The position numbers and the translations under genes are program-made. The notes below the pieces were generated by a model. That model worked only from the letters and a program-made list of their open reading frames with translations. It did no database searches and was not told the origin of the DNA. Below, in pieces: positions 41,401 through 55,000 of a DNA stretch of 64,000 bases. Within the stretch, counting starts at the first letter, position 1, and the number at the start of each line of letters is the position of its first letter. This DNA is from Squalus acanthias (lineage: Eukaryota): assembly GCA_030390025.1 (NCBI GenBank), contig CM059431.1, forward strand, positions 96,412,001 through 96,476,000, in the 5' to 3' direction.

Positions 41401-44400
41401 CCAATTTAATCCAATGAACAGTTTCCAATTTGTTCCATTCAAATTCAAACCAATGAACAGTTTCCAATTCGCTCCATTCCTATTCAATCCAATGAACAGT
41501 TTCCATTTCATTGCATTCCACTTCAATTCTATGAACAGTTTCCAATTCGTTCCATTCCAATTCAATCCAAAGAATGGATTCCAATTCATTCCTTTCCAAT
41601 TCAAACCAATACTCAGTTTCCAAATCATTCCAGTCCAATTCAATCCAATGAACAGTTTCCAATTTGTTCCATTACAAATCAATCCAGTGAACAGTTTCCA
41701 ATTCGTTCCATTCCAATCCAATCCAATGAACAGATTCCAATTCCTTCCATTCCAATTCAATCCAATGAACAGTTTCCAAATCGTTCCATTCCAATTCAAT
41801 ACAATGAACAGTTTCCATTTCGTTCCATTCCAAATCAATCCAATGAACAGTTTCCAATTCGTTCCATTCCAATTCAATCCAATACTCAGATTCCAATTCG
41901 TTCCATTCCAATTCAATCCAAATATCTCAGTTTCCAATTCGTTCCATTCCAATTACAACCAATACTCAGTTTACAATTCGTTCCATTCTAATTCAATCCA
42001 ATACTCAGTTTACAATTCGTTCCATTCCAATTCAATCCAATATTCAGTTTCCAATTCATTCCATTCAAATTCAGTCCAATGAAGAGTATCGAATTCGTTC
42101 CATTCCAATTCAATCAAATAAACAGTTTCCAATTCGTTCCATTCCTGTTCAATCCAATGAACAATTTCCAATTCGTTCCATTCCAATTCAATCCAAGGAA
42201 CAAGTTCCAATTCATTCCATTCCATTTCAATCCAATGCTCACTTTCCAATTCGCTCTGTTCCAATTCAATCCAAGGCTCAGTTTCCAAATCGTTCCATTC
42301 CAATTCAATCCAATGAACAATTTCCAATTCGTTTCTTTCCACCTGAATCCAATACTCAGTTTCCAATTCTTTAAATTCCAATGCAATACAATACTCAGTT
42401 TCCACTAAGTTCCAGTCCAACTCAATCCAATATTGAGTTTCCAAACCGTTCAGGTCCAATACAATCCCAGTCTCAGTTTCTAATCCGATCCATTGCAATT
42501 CAATCCATACTCAGTTTCCAATTCGTTCCATTCTAATTCAATCCAAGACTCAGTTTCAAAATAGTTCTAGTCCACGTCAATCCAATGCTCAGTTTCCAAT
42601 TCGCTCCGTTCCAATTCAATCCAAGGCTCAGTTTTCAAATCGTTCCATTCCAATTCAATCCAATTAACAATTTCCACTTCGTTTCTTTCCACCTGAATCC
42701 AATACTCAGTTTCCAATTCTTTAAATTCCAATGCAATACAATACTCAGTTTCCACTAAGTTCCAGTCCAACTCAATCCAATATTGAGTTTCCAAACCGTT
42801 CAGGTCCACGACAATCCCAGTCTCAGTTTCTAATTCGATCCATTGCAATTCAATCCATACCTAGTTTCCAATTCGTTCCATTCTAATTCAATCCAAGACT
42901 CAGTTTCAAAATAGTTCCAGTCCACGTCAATCCAATACTCAGTTACTAATTCGTTCCATTCCATTTCAATCCAAAAGTCTGATCCAATTTGTTCCAGTCC
43001 AATTCAAGCCAATACTCAGTTTGAAGTTCGTTCCATTCCAATTCAATCCAAAATTCAGTTTCTAATCCGTTCCAGTCCACTTCAATCCAATACTCAGTTA
43101 CTAATCCGTTCCATTCCAATTCAATCCAATACTCAATTTCCAATTCGTTGCAATCCACTTCAAACCAATACTTATTTTTGAATTCTTCCCATTCCATTTC
43201 CATCCAATAGTCAGTTTCCACTTCATCCCACTCCAATTCAATCGAATGCTCAGTTTCCAATTTGTTCCATTCCAATTCAACCCAATACTCCGTTTCAAAT
43301 TCGTTCCATTCCAATTCAATTCAATGAACATTTGCCGATTCGTTCCATTAATATTCAATCCAATGAACAGTTTCCGATTCTTTCCATTCCAATTCAGTCC
43401 AATGAACAGTTTCCAATTCGTTCTATTCCAATTCAATCCAATGAAAAGTTTCCAATTTTTTCCATTCCAATTCAATCCAATGAACAGTTTACAATCCGTT
43501 CAATTCCAATTCAATCCAATTGAAAGTTTCCAATTCTTTCCATTCCAATTCAAGCAAATGAAAAGTTGCCAATTCGTTCCATTCCAATTTAATCCAATGA
43601 ACAGTTTCCAATTCGTTCCATTCAAATTCAAACCAATGAACAGTTTCCAATTCGTCCCATTCCTATTCAATCCAATGAACAGTTTCCAAATCATTCCATT
43701 CCAATTCAATCCAATGAACAGTTTCCATTTCGTTCCATTACAAATCAATCCAATGAACAGTTTCCAATTCGTTCAATTCCAAATCAATCCAATGAACAGT
43801 TTCCAATTCGTTCCATTCCAATTCAATCCAATGAACATTTTCCATTTTGTTCCATTCCAATTCAATCCAATACTCAGATTCCAATTCGTTCCATTCCAAT
43901 TTAATCCAAATATCTCAGTTTCCAATTTGTTCCATTCCAATTCAACCCAATACTCCGTTTCAAATTTGTTCCATTCCAATTCAATCCAATGAACAGTTTC
44001 CAATTTGTTCCATTCAAATTCAGTCCAATGAACAGTTTCCAATTCTTTCCATTCCAATTCAATCCAATGAACAGTTTACAATCCGTTCAATTGCAATTCA
44101 ATCCAATTAAAAGTTTCCAATTCTTTCCATTCCAATTCAAGCAAATGAAAAGTTGCCAATTCGTTCCATTCCAATTTAATCCAATGAACAGTTTCCAATT
44201 TGTTCCATTCAAATTCAAACCAATGAACAGTTTCTAATTTGTTCCATTCCAATTCAATACAATGAACAGTTTCCATTTCGTTCCATTCCAAATCAATCCA
44301 ATGAACAGTTTCCAATTCGTTCCATTCCAATTCAATCCAAATATCTCAGTTTCCAATTCGTTCCATTCCAATTCTAACCAATACTCAGTTTACAATTCGT

Positions 44401-46070
44401 TCCATTCTAATTCAATCCAATACTCAGTTTCCAATTCGTTCCATTCCAATTCAATCCAATATTCAGTTTCCAATTTGTTCCATTCAAATTCAGTCCAATG
44501 AAGAGTATCGAATTCGTTCCATTCCAATTCAATCAAATGAACAGTTTCCAATTCGTTCCATTCCTGTTCAATCCAATGAACAATTTCCAATTCGTTCCAT
44601 TCCAATTCAATCCAATCAACAGCTTCCAATTAATTCCATTCCAATTCAATCCAATGAACAAGTTCCAATTCATTCCATTCCATTTCAATCCAATGCTCAC
44701 TTTCCAATTCGCTCCATTCCAATTCAATCCAAGGCTCAGTTTCCAAATCGTTCCATTCCAATTCAATCCAATGAACAATTTCCAATTCGTTTCTTTCCAC
44801 CTGAATCCAATACTCAGTTTCCAATTCTTTAAATTCCAATGCAATACAATACTCAGTTTCCACTAAGTTCCAGTCCAACTCAATCCAATATTGAGTTTCC
44901 AAACCGTTCAGGTCCACTACAATCCCAGTCTCAATTTCTAATTCGATCCATTGCAATTCAATCCATACTCAGTTTCCAATTCGTTCCATTCTAATTCAAT
45001 CCAAGACTCAGTTTCAAAATAGTTCCAGTCCACGTCAATCCAATACTCAGTTTCTAATTCGTTCCATTCCATTTCAATCCAAAAGTCTGATCCAATTTGT
45101 TCCAGTCCAATTCAAGCCAATACTCAGTTTCAAGTTCGTTCCATTCCAATTCAATCCAATACTCAATTTCCAATTCGTTCCAGTCCACTTCAATCCAATA
45201 CTCAGTTTCTAATCCGTTCCATTCCAATTCAATCCAATACTCAATTTCCAATTCGTTGCAATCCACTTCAAACCAATACTTATTTTTGAATTCTTCCCAT
45301 TCCATTTCCATCCAATAGTCAGTTTCCACTTCATCCCACTCCAATTCAATCGAATACTCAGTTTCCAATTCTTTCCATTCCAATTCAGTCCAATGAACAG
45401 TTTCCAATTCGTTCCATTCCAATTCAATCCAATGAAAAGTTTCCAATTTTTTCCATTCCAATTCAATCCAATGAACAGTTTACAATCCGTTGAATTCCAA
45501 TTCAATCCAATTAAAAGTATCCAATTCTTTCCATTCCAATTCAAGCAAATGAAAAGTTGCCAATTCGTTCCATTCCAATTTAATCCAATGAACAGTTTCC
45601 AATTCGTTCCATTCAAATTCAAACCAATGAACAGTTTCCAATTCGTCCCATTCCTATTCAATCCAATGAATAGTTTCCAATTCGTTCCATTCCAATTCAA
45701 TCCAATGAACAGTTTCCATTTCGTTCCATTACAGATCAATCCAATGAACAGTTTCCAATTCGTTCAATTCCAAATCAATCCAATGAACAGTTTCCAATTC
45801 GTTCCATTCCAATTCAATCCAATGAACATTTTCCATTTTGTTCCATTCCAATTCAATCCAATACTCAGATTCCAATTCGTTCCATTCCAATTTAATCCAA
45901 ATATCTCAGTTTCCAATTTGTTCCATTCCAATTCAACCCAATACTCCGTTTCAAATTCGTTCCATTCCAATTCAATCCAATGAACAGTTTCCAATTTGTT
46001 CCATTCAAATTCAGTCCAATGAACAGTTTCCAATTCTTTCCATTCCAATTCAATCCAATGAACAGTTTAC
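11440..46070 (+). repeat. Region with 6,751-6,752 bp super-unit (shortened ABCD), interrupted by the 3,630-bp expansion
   Basis: Offsets 15236/21987 = 6751, 35815/42567 = 6752, 38302/45054 = 6752, and 18174/35815 = 17641 = 6751 + 3x3630. Boundaries are approximate. Confidence 0.85.
21514..36042 (+). repeat. Four tandem copies of a 3,630-bp unit (C+D HOR pair), starting at about 21514, 25144, 28774 and 32404
   Basis: ORF offsets are exactly 3630 (21987/25617/29247/32877; 23538/27168/30798/34428). Markers AATTTATTCC and CCAATCTTGAG occur in all four copies. The junction ATTGAGTTTCCAATTTATTCC occurs at 25140, 28770 and 32400. Confidence 0.95.
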
Positions 46071-49000
46071 AATCCGTTCAATTCCAATTCAATCCAATTA
46101 AAAGTTTCCAATTCTTTCCATTCCAATTCAAGCAAATGAAAAGTTGCCAATTCGTTCCATTCCAATTTAATCCAATGAACAGTTTCCAATTTGTTCCATT
46201 CAAATTCAAACCAATGCACAGTTTCCAATTCGTCCCATTCCTATTCAATCCAATGAACAGTTTCCAATTCGTTCCATTCCAATTCAATCCAATGAACAGT
46301 TTCCATTTCGTTCCATTTCAGATCAATCCAATGAACAGTTTCCAATTCGTTCAATTCCAAATCAATCCAATGAACAGTTTCCAATTCGTTCCATTCCAAT
46401 TCAATCCAATGAACATTTTCCATTTTGTTCCATTCCAATTCAATCCAATACTCAGATTCCAATTCGTTCCAATCCAATTCAATCCAAATATCTCAGTTTC
46501 CAATTTGTTCCATTCCAATTCAACCCAATACTCCGTTTCAAATTCGTTCCATTCCAATTCAATCCAATGAACAGTTTCCAATTTGTTCCATTCAAATTCA
46601 GTCCAATGAACAGTTTCCAATTCTTTCCATTCCAAATCAGTCCAATGAACAGTTTCCAATTCGTTCCATTCCAATTCAATCCAATGAACAGTTTACAATC
46701 CGTTGAATTCCAATTCAATCCAATTAAAAGTTTCCAATTCTTTCCATTCCAATTCAAGCAAATGAAAAGTTGCCAATTTGTTCCATTCCAATTTAATCCA
46801 ATGAACAGTTTCCAATTTGTTCCATTCAAATTCAAACCAATGAACAGTTTCCAATTCGCTCCATTCCTATTCAATCCAATGAACAGTTTCCATTTCATTG
46901 CATTCCACTTCAATTCTATGAACAGTTTCCAATTCGTTCCATTCCAATTCAATCCAAAGAACGGATTCCAATTCATTCCTTTCCAATTCAAACCAATACT
47001 CAGTTTCCAAATCATTCCAGTCCAATTCAATCCAATGAACAGTTTCCAATTTGTTCCATTACAAATCAATCCAGTGAACAGTTTCCAATTCGTTCCATTC
47101 CAATCCAATCCAATGAACAGATTCCAATTCCTTCCATTCCAATTCAATCCAATGAACAGTTTCCAAATCGTTCCATTCCAATTCAATACAATGAACAGTT
47201 TCCATTTCGTTCCATTCCAAATCAATCCAATGAACAGTTTCCAATTCGTTCCATTCCAATTCAATCCAATACTCAGATTCCAATTCGTTCCATTCCAATT
47301 CAATCCAAATATCTCAGTTTCCAATTTGTTCCATTCCAATTACAACCAATACTCAGTTTACAATTCGTTCCATTCTAATTCAATCCAATACTCAGTTTAC
47401 AATTCGTTCCATTCCAATTCAATCCAATATTCAGTTTCCAATTCATTCCATTCAAATTCAGTCCAATGAAGAGTATCGAATTCGTTCCATTCCAATTCAA
47501 TCAAATAAACAGTTTCCAATTCGTTCCATTCCTGTTCAATCCAATGAACAATTTCCAATTCGTTCCATTCCAATTCAATCCAAGGAACAAGTTCCAATTC
47601 ATTCCATTCCATTTCAATCCAATGCTCACTTTCCAATTCGCTCTGTTCCAATTCAATCCAAGGCTCAGTTTCCAAATCGTTCCATTCCAATTCAATCCAA
47701 TGAACAATTTCCAATTCGTTTCTTTCCACCTGAATCCAATACTCAGTTTCCAATTCTTTAAATTCCAATGCAATACAATATTCAGTTTCCACTAAGTTCC
47801 AGTCCAACTCAATCCAATATTGAGTTTCCAAACCGTTCAGGTCCAATACAATCCCAGTCTCAGTTTCTAATCCGATCCATTGCAATTCAATCCATACTCA
47901 GTTTCCAATTCGTTCCATTCTAATTCAATCCAAGACTCAGTTTCAAAATAGTTCTAGTCCACGTCAATCCAATACTCAGTTTCTAATTCGTTCCATTCCA
48001 TTTCAATCCAAAAGTCTGATCCAATTTGTTCCAGTCCAATTCAAGCCAATACTCAGTTTGAAGTTCGTTCCATTCCAATTCAATCCAAAATTCAGTTTCT
48101 AATCCGTTCCAGTCCACTTCAATCCAATACTCAGTTTCTAATCCGTTCCATTCCAATTCAATCCAATACTCAGTTTCCAATTCGTTGCAATCCACTTCAA
48201 ACCAATACTTATTTTTGAATTCTTCCCATTCCATTTCCATCCAATAGTCAGTTTCCACTTCATCCCACTCCAATTCAATCGAATACTCAGTTTCCAATTC
48301 GTTCCATTCCAATTCAACCCAATACTCCGTTTCAAATTCGTTCCATTCCAATTCAATCCAATGAACATTTGCCAATTCGTTCCATTAATATTCAATCCAA
48401 TGAACAGTTTCCAATTCTTTCCATTCCAATTCAGTCCAATGAACAGTTTCCAATTCGTTCCATTCCAATTCAATCCAATGAACAGTTTACAATCCGTTCA
48501 ATTCCAATTCAATCCAATTAAAAGTTTCCAATTCTTTCCATTCCAATTCAAGCAAATGAAAAGTTGCCAATTCGTTCCATTCCAATATAATCCAATGAAC
48601 AGTTTCCAATTCGTTCCATTCAAATTCAAACCAATGAACAGTTTCCAATTCGTCCCATTCCTATTCAATCCAATGAACAGTTTCCATTTCGTTGCATTCC
48701 ACTTCAATTCTATGAACAGTTTCCAATTCGTTCCATTACAATTCAATCTAAAACTCAAGTTTCCAATTCGTTCCATTCCAATTCAATCCAAAGAACGGAT
48801 TCCAATTCATTCCATTCCAATTCAAACCAATACTCAGTTTCCAAATCGTTCCAGTCCAATTCAATCCAGTGAACAGTTTCCAATTTGTTCCATTACAAAT
48901 CAATCCAGTGAACAGTTTCCAATTCGTTCCATTCCAATCCAATCCAATGAACAGTTTCCAATTTGTTCCATTACAAATCAATCCAGTGAACAGTTTCCAA

Positions 49001-52000
49001 TTCGTTCCATTCCAATCCAATCCAATGAACAGTTTCCAATTCCTTCCATTCCAATTCAATACAATGAACAGTTTCCAAATAGTTCCATTCCAATTCAATC
49101 CAATGAACAGTTTCCATTTCGTTCCATTACAATTCAATCCAATGAACAGTTTTCAATTCGTTCCATTCCAAATCAATCCAATGAACAGTTTTCAATTCGT
49201 TCCATTCCAAATCAATCCAATGAACAGTTTCCATTTCGTTCCATTCCAAATCAATCCAATGAACAGTTTCCAATTCCTTCCATTCCAATTCAATACAATG
49301 AACAGTTTCCAAATAGTTCCATTCCAATTCAATCCAATGAACAGTTTCCATTTCGTTCCATTACAATTCAATCCAATGAACACTTTTCAATTCGTTCCAT
49401 TCCAAATCAATCCAATGAACAGTTTCCATTTCGTTCCATTACAAATCAATCCAATGAACAGTTTCCATTTCGTTCCATTACAAATCAATCCAATGAACAG
49501 TTTCCATTTCGTTCCATTCCAAATCAATCCAATGAACAGTTTCCATTTCGTTCCATTACAAATCAATCCAATGAACAGTTTTCAATTCGTTCCATTCCAA
49601 ATCAATCCAATGAACAGTTTCCATTTCGTTCCATTACAAATCAATCCAATGAACAGTTTCCATTTCGTTCCATTACAAATCAATCCAATGAACAGTTTTC
49701 AATTCGTTCCATTCCAATTCAATCCAATGAACATTTTCCATTTCGTTCCATTCCAATTCAATCCAATACTCAGATTCCAATTCGTTCCATTCCAATTCAA
49801 TCCAAATATCTCAGTTTCCAATTCGTTCCATTCCAATTCCAACCAATACTCAGTTTACAATTCGTTCCATTCTAATTCAATCCAATACTCAGTTTCCAAT
49901 TCGTTCCATTCCAATTCAATCCAATACTCAGTTTCCAATTCGTTCCATTCAAATTCAGTCCAATGAAGAGTATCGAATTTGTTCCATTCCAATTCAATCA
50001 AATAAACAGTTTCCAATTCGTTCCATTCCAATCCAATCCAATGAACAGTTTCCAATTTGTTCCATTACAAATCAATCCAGTGAACAGTTTCCAATTCGTT
50101 CCATTCCAATTCAATCCAAAGAACGGATTCCAATTCATTCCTTTCCAATTCAAACCAATACTCAGTTTCCAAATCATTCCAGTCCAATTCAATCCAATGA
50201 ACAGTTTCCAATTTGTTCCATTACAAATCAATCCAGTGAACAGTTTCCAATTCGTTCCATTCCAATCCAATCCAATGAACAGATTCCAATTCCTTCCATT
50301 CCAATTCAATCCAATGAACAGTTTCCAAATCGTTCCATTCCAATTCAATACAATGAACAGTTTCCATTTCGTTCCATTCCAAATCAATCCAATGAACAGT
50401 TTCCAATTCGTTCCATTCCAATTCAATCCAATGAACAGTTTCCAAATCGTTCCATTCCAATTCAATACAATGAACAGTTTCCATTTCGTTCCATTACAAA
50501 TCAATCCAGTGAACAGTTTCCAATTCGTTCCATTCCAATCCAATCCAATGAACAGTTTCCAATTTGTTCCATTACAAATCAATCCAGTGAACAGTTTCCA
50601 ATTCGTTCCATTCCAATTCAATCCAAAGAACGGATTCCAATTCATTCCTTTCCAATTCAAACCAATACTCAGTTTCCAAATCATTCCAGTCCAATTCAAT
50701 CCAATGAACAGTTTCCAATTTGTTCCATTACAAATCAATCCAGTGAACAGTTTCCAATTCCTTCCATTCCAATTCAATCCAATGAACAGTTTCCAAATCG
50801 TTCCATTCCAATTCAATACAATGAACAGTTTCCATTTCGTTCCATTCCAAATCAATCCAATGAACAGTTTCCATTTCGTTCCATTCCAAATCAATCCAAT
50901 GAACAGTTTCCATTTCGTTCCATTCCAAATCAATCCAATGAACAGTTTCCATTTTGTTCCATTCCAATTACAACCAATACTCAGTTTACAATTCGTTCCA
51001 TTCTAATTCAATCCAATACTCAGTTTACAATTCGTTCCATTCCAATTCAATCCAATATTCAGTTTCCAATTCATTCCATTCAAATTCAGTCCAATGAAGA
51101 GTATCGAATTCGTTCCATTCCAATTCAATCAAATAAACAGTTTCCAATTCGTTCCATTCCTGTTCAATCCAATGAACAATTTCCAATTCGTTCCATTCCA
51201 ATTCAATCCAAGGAACAAGTTCCAATTCATTCCATTCCATTTCAATCCAATGCTCACTTTCCAATTCGCTCTGTTCCAATTCAATCCAAGGCTCAGTTTC
51301 CAAATCGTTCCATTCCAATTCAATCCAATGAACAATTTCCAATTCGTTTCTTTCCACCTGAATCCAATACTCAGTTTCCAATTCTTTAAATTCCAATGCA
51401 ATACAATACTCAGTTTCCACTAAGTTCCAGTCCAACTCAATCCAATATTGAGTTTCCAAACCGTTCAGGTCCAATACAATCCCAGTCTCAGTTTCTAATC
51501 CGATCCATTGCAATTCAATCCATACTCAGTTTCCAATTCGTTCCATTCTAATTCAATCCAAGACTCAGTTTCAAAATAGTTCTAGTCCACGTCAATCCAA
51601 TACTCAGTTTCTAATTCGTTCCATTCCATTTCAATCCAAAAGTCTGATCCAATTTGTTCCAGTCCAATTCAAGCCAATACTCAGTTTGAAGTTCGTTCCA
51701 TTCCAATTCAATCCAAAATTCAGTTTCTAATCCGTTCCAGTCCACTTCAATCCAATACTCAGTTTCTAATCCGTTCCATTCCAATTCAATCCAATACTCA
51801 GTTTCCAATTCGTTGCAATCCACTTCAAACCAATACTTATTTTTGAATTCTTCCCATTCCATTTCCATCCAATAGTCAGTTTCCACTTCATCCCACTCCA
51901 ATTCAATCGAATACTCAGTTTCCAATTCGTTCCATTCCAATTCAACCCAATACTCCGTTTCAAATTCGTTCCATTCCAATTCAATCCAATGAACATTTGC

Positions 52001-55000
52001 CAATTCGTTCCATTAATATTCAATCCAATGAACAGTTTCCAATTCTTTCCATTCCAATTCAGTCCAATGAACAGTTTCCAATTCGTTCCATTCCAATTCA
52101 ATCCAATGAACAGTTTACAATCCGTTCAATTCCAATTCAATCCAATTAAAAGTTTCCAATTCTTTCCATTCCAATTCAAGCAAATGAAAAGTTGCCAATT
52201 CGTTCCATTCCAATATAATCCAATGAACAGTTTCCAATTCGTTCCATTCAAATTCAAACCAATGAACAGTTTCCAAATCGTCCCATTCCTATTCAATCCA
52301 ATGAACAGTTTCCATTTCGTTGCATTCCACTTCAATTCTATGAACAGTTTCCAATTCGTTCCATTACAATTCAATCCAAAACTCAAGTTTCCAATTCGTT
52401 CCATTCCAATTCAATCCAAAGAACGGATTCCAATTCATTCCATTCCAATTCAAACCAATACTCAGTTTCCAAATCGTTCCAGTCCAATTCAATCCAATGA
52501 ACAGTTTCCAATTTGTTCCATTACAATTCAATCAAATAAACAGTTTCCAATTCGTTCCATTCCAATCCAATCCAATGAACAGTTTCCAATTTGTTCCATT
52601 ACAAATCAATCCAGTGAACAGTTTCCAATTCGTTCCATTCCAATCCAATCCAATGAACAGTTTCCAATTCCTTCCATTCCAATTCAATACAATGAACAGT
52701 TTCCAAATAATTCCATTCCAATTCAATCCAATGAACAGTTTCCATTTCGTTCCATTCCAATTCAATCCAATGAACAGTTTCCAATTCGTTCCATTCCAAA
52801 TCAAACCAATGAACAGTTTCCAATTCGTTCACTTCCAATTCAATCCAATGAACATTTTCCATTTTCTTCCATTCCAATTCAATCCAATACTCAGATTCCA
52901 ATTCGTTCCATTCCAATTCAATCCAAATATCTCAGTTTCCAATTCGTTCCATTCCAATTCAATCCAATGAACAGTTTCCATTTCGTTCCATTCCAAATCA
53001 ATCCAATGAACAGTTTCCAATTCGTTCCATTACAATTCAATCTAAAACTCAAGTTTCCAATTCGTTCCATTCCAATTCAATCCAAAGAACGGATTCCAAT
53101 TCATTCCATTCCAATTCAAACCAATACTCAGTTTCCAAATCGTTCCAGTCCAATTCAATCCAGTGAACAGTTTCCAATTTGTTCCATTACAAATCAATCC
53201 AGTGAACAGTTTCCAATTCGTTCCATTCCAATCCAATCCAATGAACAGTTTCCAATTTGTTCCATTACAAATCAATCCAGTGAACAGTTTCCAATTCGTT
53301 CCATTCCAATCCAATCCAATGAACAGTTTCCAATTCCTTCCATTCCAATTCAATACAATGAACAGTTTCCAAATAGTTCCATTCCAATTCAATCCAATGA
53401 ACAGTTTCCATTTCGTTCCATTACAAATCAATCCAATGAACAGTTTTCAATTCGTTCCATTCCAAATCAATCCAATGAACAGTTTCCATTTCGTTCCATT
53501 CCAAATCAATCCAATGAACAGTTTCCAATTCCTTCCATTCCAATTCAATACAATGAACAGTTTCCAAATAGTTCCATTCCAATTCAATCCAATGAACAGT
53601 TTCCATTTCGTTCCATTACAAATCAATCCAATGAACAGTTTCCAATTTGTTCCATTACAAATCAATCCAGTGAACAGTTTCCAATTCGTTCCATTCCAAT
53701 CCAATCCAATGAACAGTTTCCAATTTGTTCCATTCAAATTCAGTCCAATGAACAGTTTCCAATTCTTTCCATTCCAATTCAATCCAATGAACAGTTTACA
53801 TTCCGTTCAATTGCAATTCAATCCAATTAAAAGTTTCCAATTCTTTCCATTCCAATTCAAGCAAATGAAAAGTTGCCAATTCGTTCCATTCCAATTTAAT
53901 CCAATGAACAGTTTCCAATTTGTTCCATTCAAATTCAAACCAATGAACAGTTTCTAATTTGTTCCATTCCAATTCAATACAATGAACAGTTTCCATTTCA
54001 TTCCATTCCAAATCAATCCAATGAACAGTTTCCAATTCGTTCCATTCCAATTCAATCCAAATATCTCAGTTTCCAATTCGTTCCATTCCAATTCCAACCA
54101 ATACTCAGTTTACAATTCGTTCCATTCTAATTCAATCCAATACTCAGTTTCCAATTCGTTCCATTCCAATTCAATCCAATATTCAGTTTCCAATTCATTC
54201 CATTCAAATTTAGTCCAATGAAGAGTATCGAATTCGTTCCATTCCAATTCAATCAAATAAACAGTTTCCAATTCGTTCCATTCCTGTTCAATCCAATGAA
54301 CAATTTCCAATTCATTCCATTCCAATTCAATCCAATCAACAGCTTCCAATTCATTCCATTCCAATTCAATCCAATGAACAAGTTCCAATTCATTCCATTC
54401 CATTTCAATCCAATGCTCACTTTCCAATTCGCTCCATTCCAATTCAATCCAAGGCTCAGTTTCCAAATCGTTCCATTCCAATTCAATCCAATTAACAATT
54501 TCCAATTCGTTTCTTTCCACCTGAATCCAATACTCAGTTTCCAATTCTTTAAATTCCAATGCAATACAATACTCAGTTTCCACTAAGTTCCAGTCCAACT
54601 CAATCCAATATTGAGTTTCCAAACCGTTCAGGTCCACTACAATCCCAGTCTCAATTTCTAATTCGATCCATTGCAATTCAATCCATACTCAGTTTCCAAT
54701 TCGTTCCATTCTAATTCAATCCAAGACTCAGTTTCAAAATAGTTCCAGTCCACGTCAATCCAATACTCAGTTTCTAATTCGTTCCATTCCATTTCAATCC
54801 AAAAGTCTGATCCAATTTGTTCCAGTCCAATTCAAGCCAATACTCAGTTTCAAGTTCGTTCCATTCCAATTCAATCCAAAATTCAGTTTCTAATCCGTTC
54901 CAGTCCACTTCAATCCAATACTCAGTTTCTAATCCGTTCCATTCCAATTCAATCCAATACTCAATTTCCAATTCGTTGCAATCCACTTCAAACCAATACT

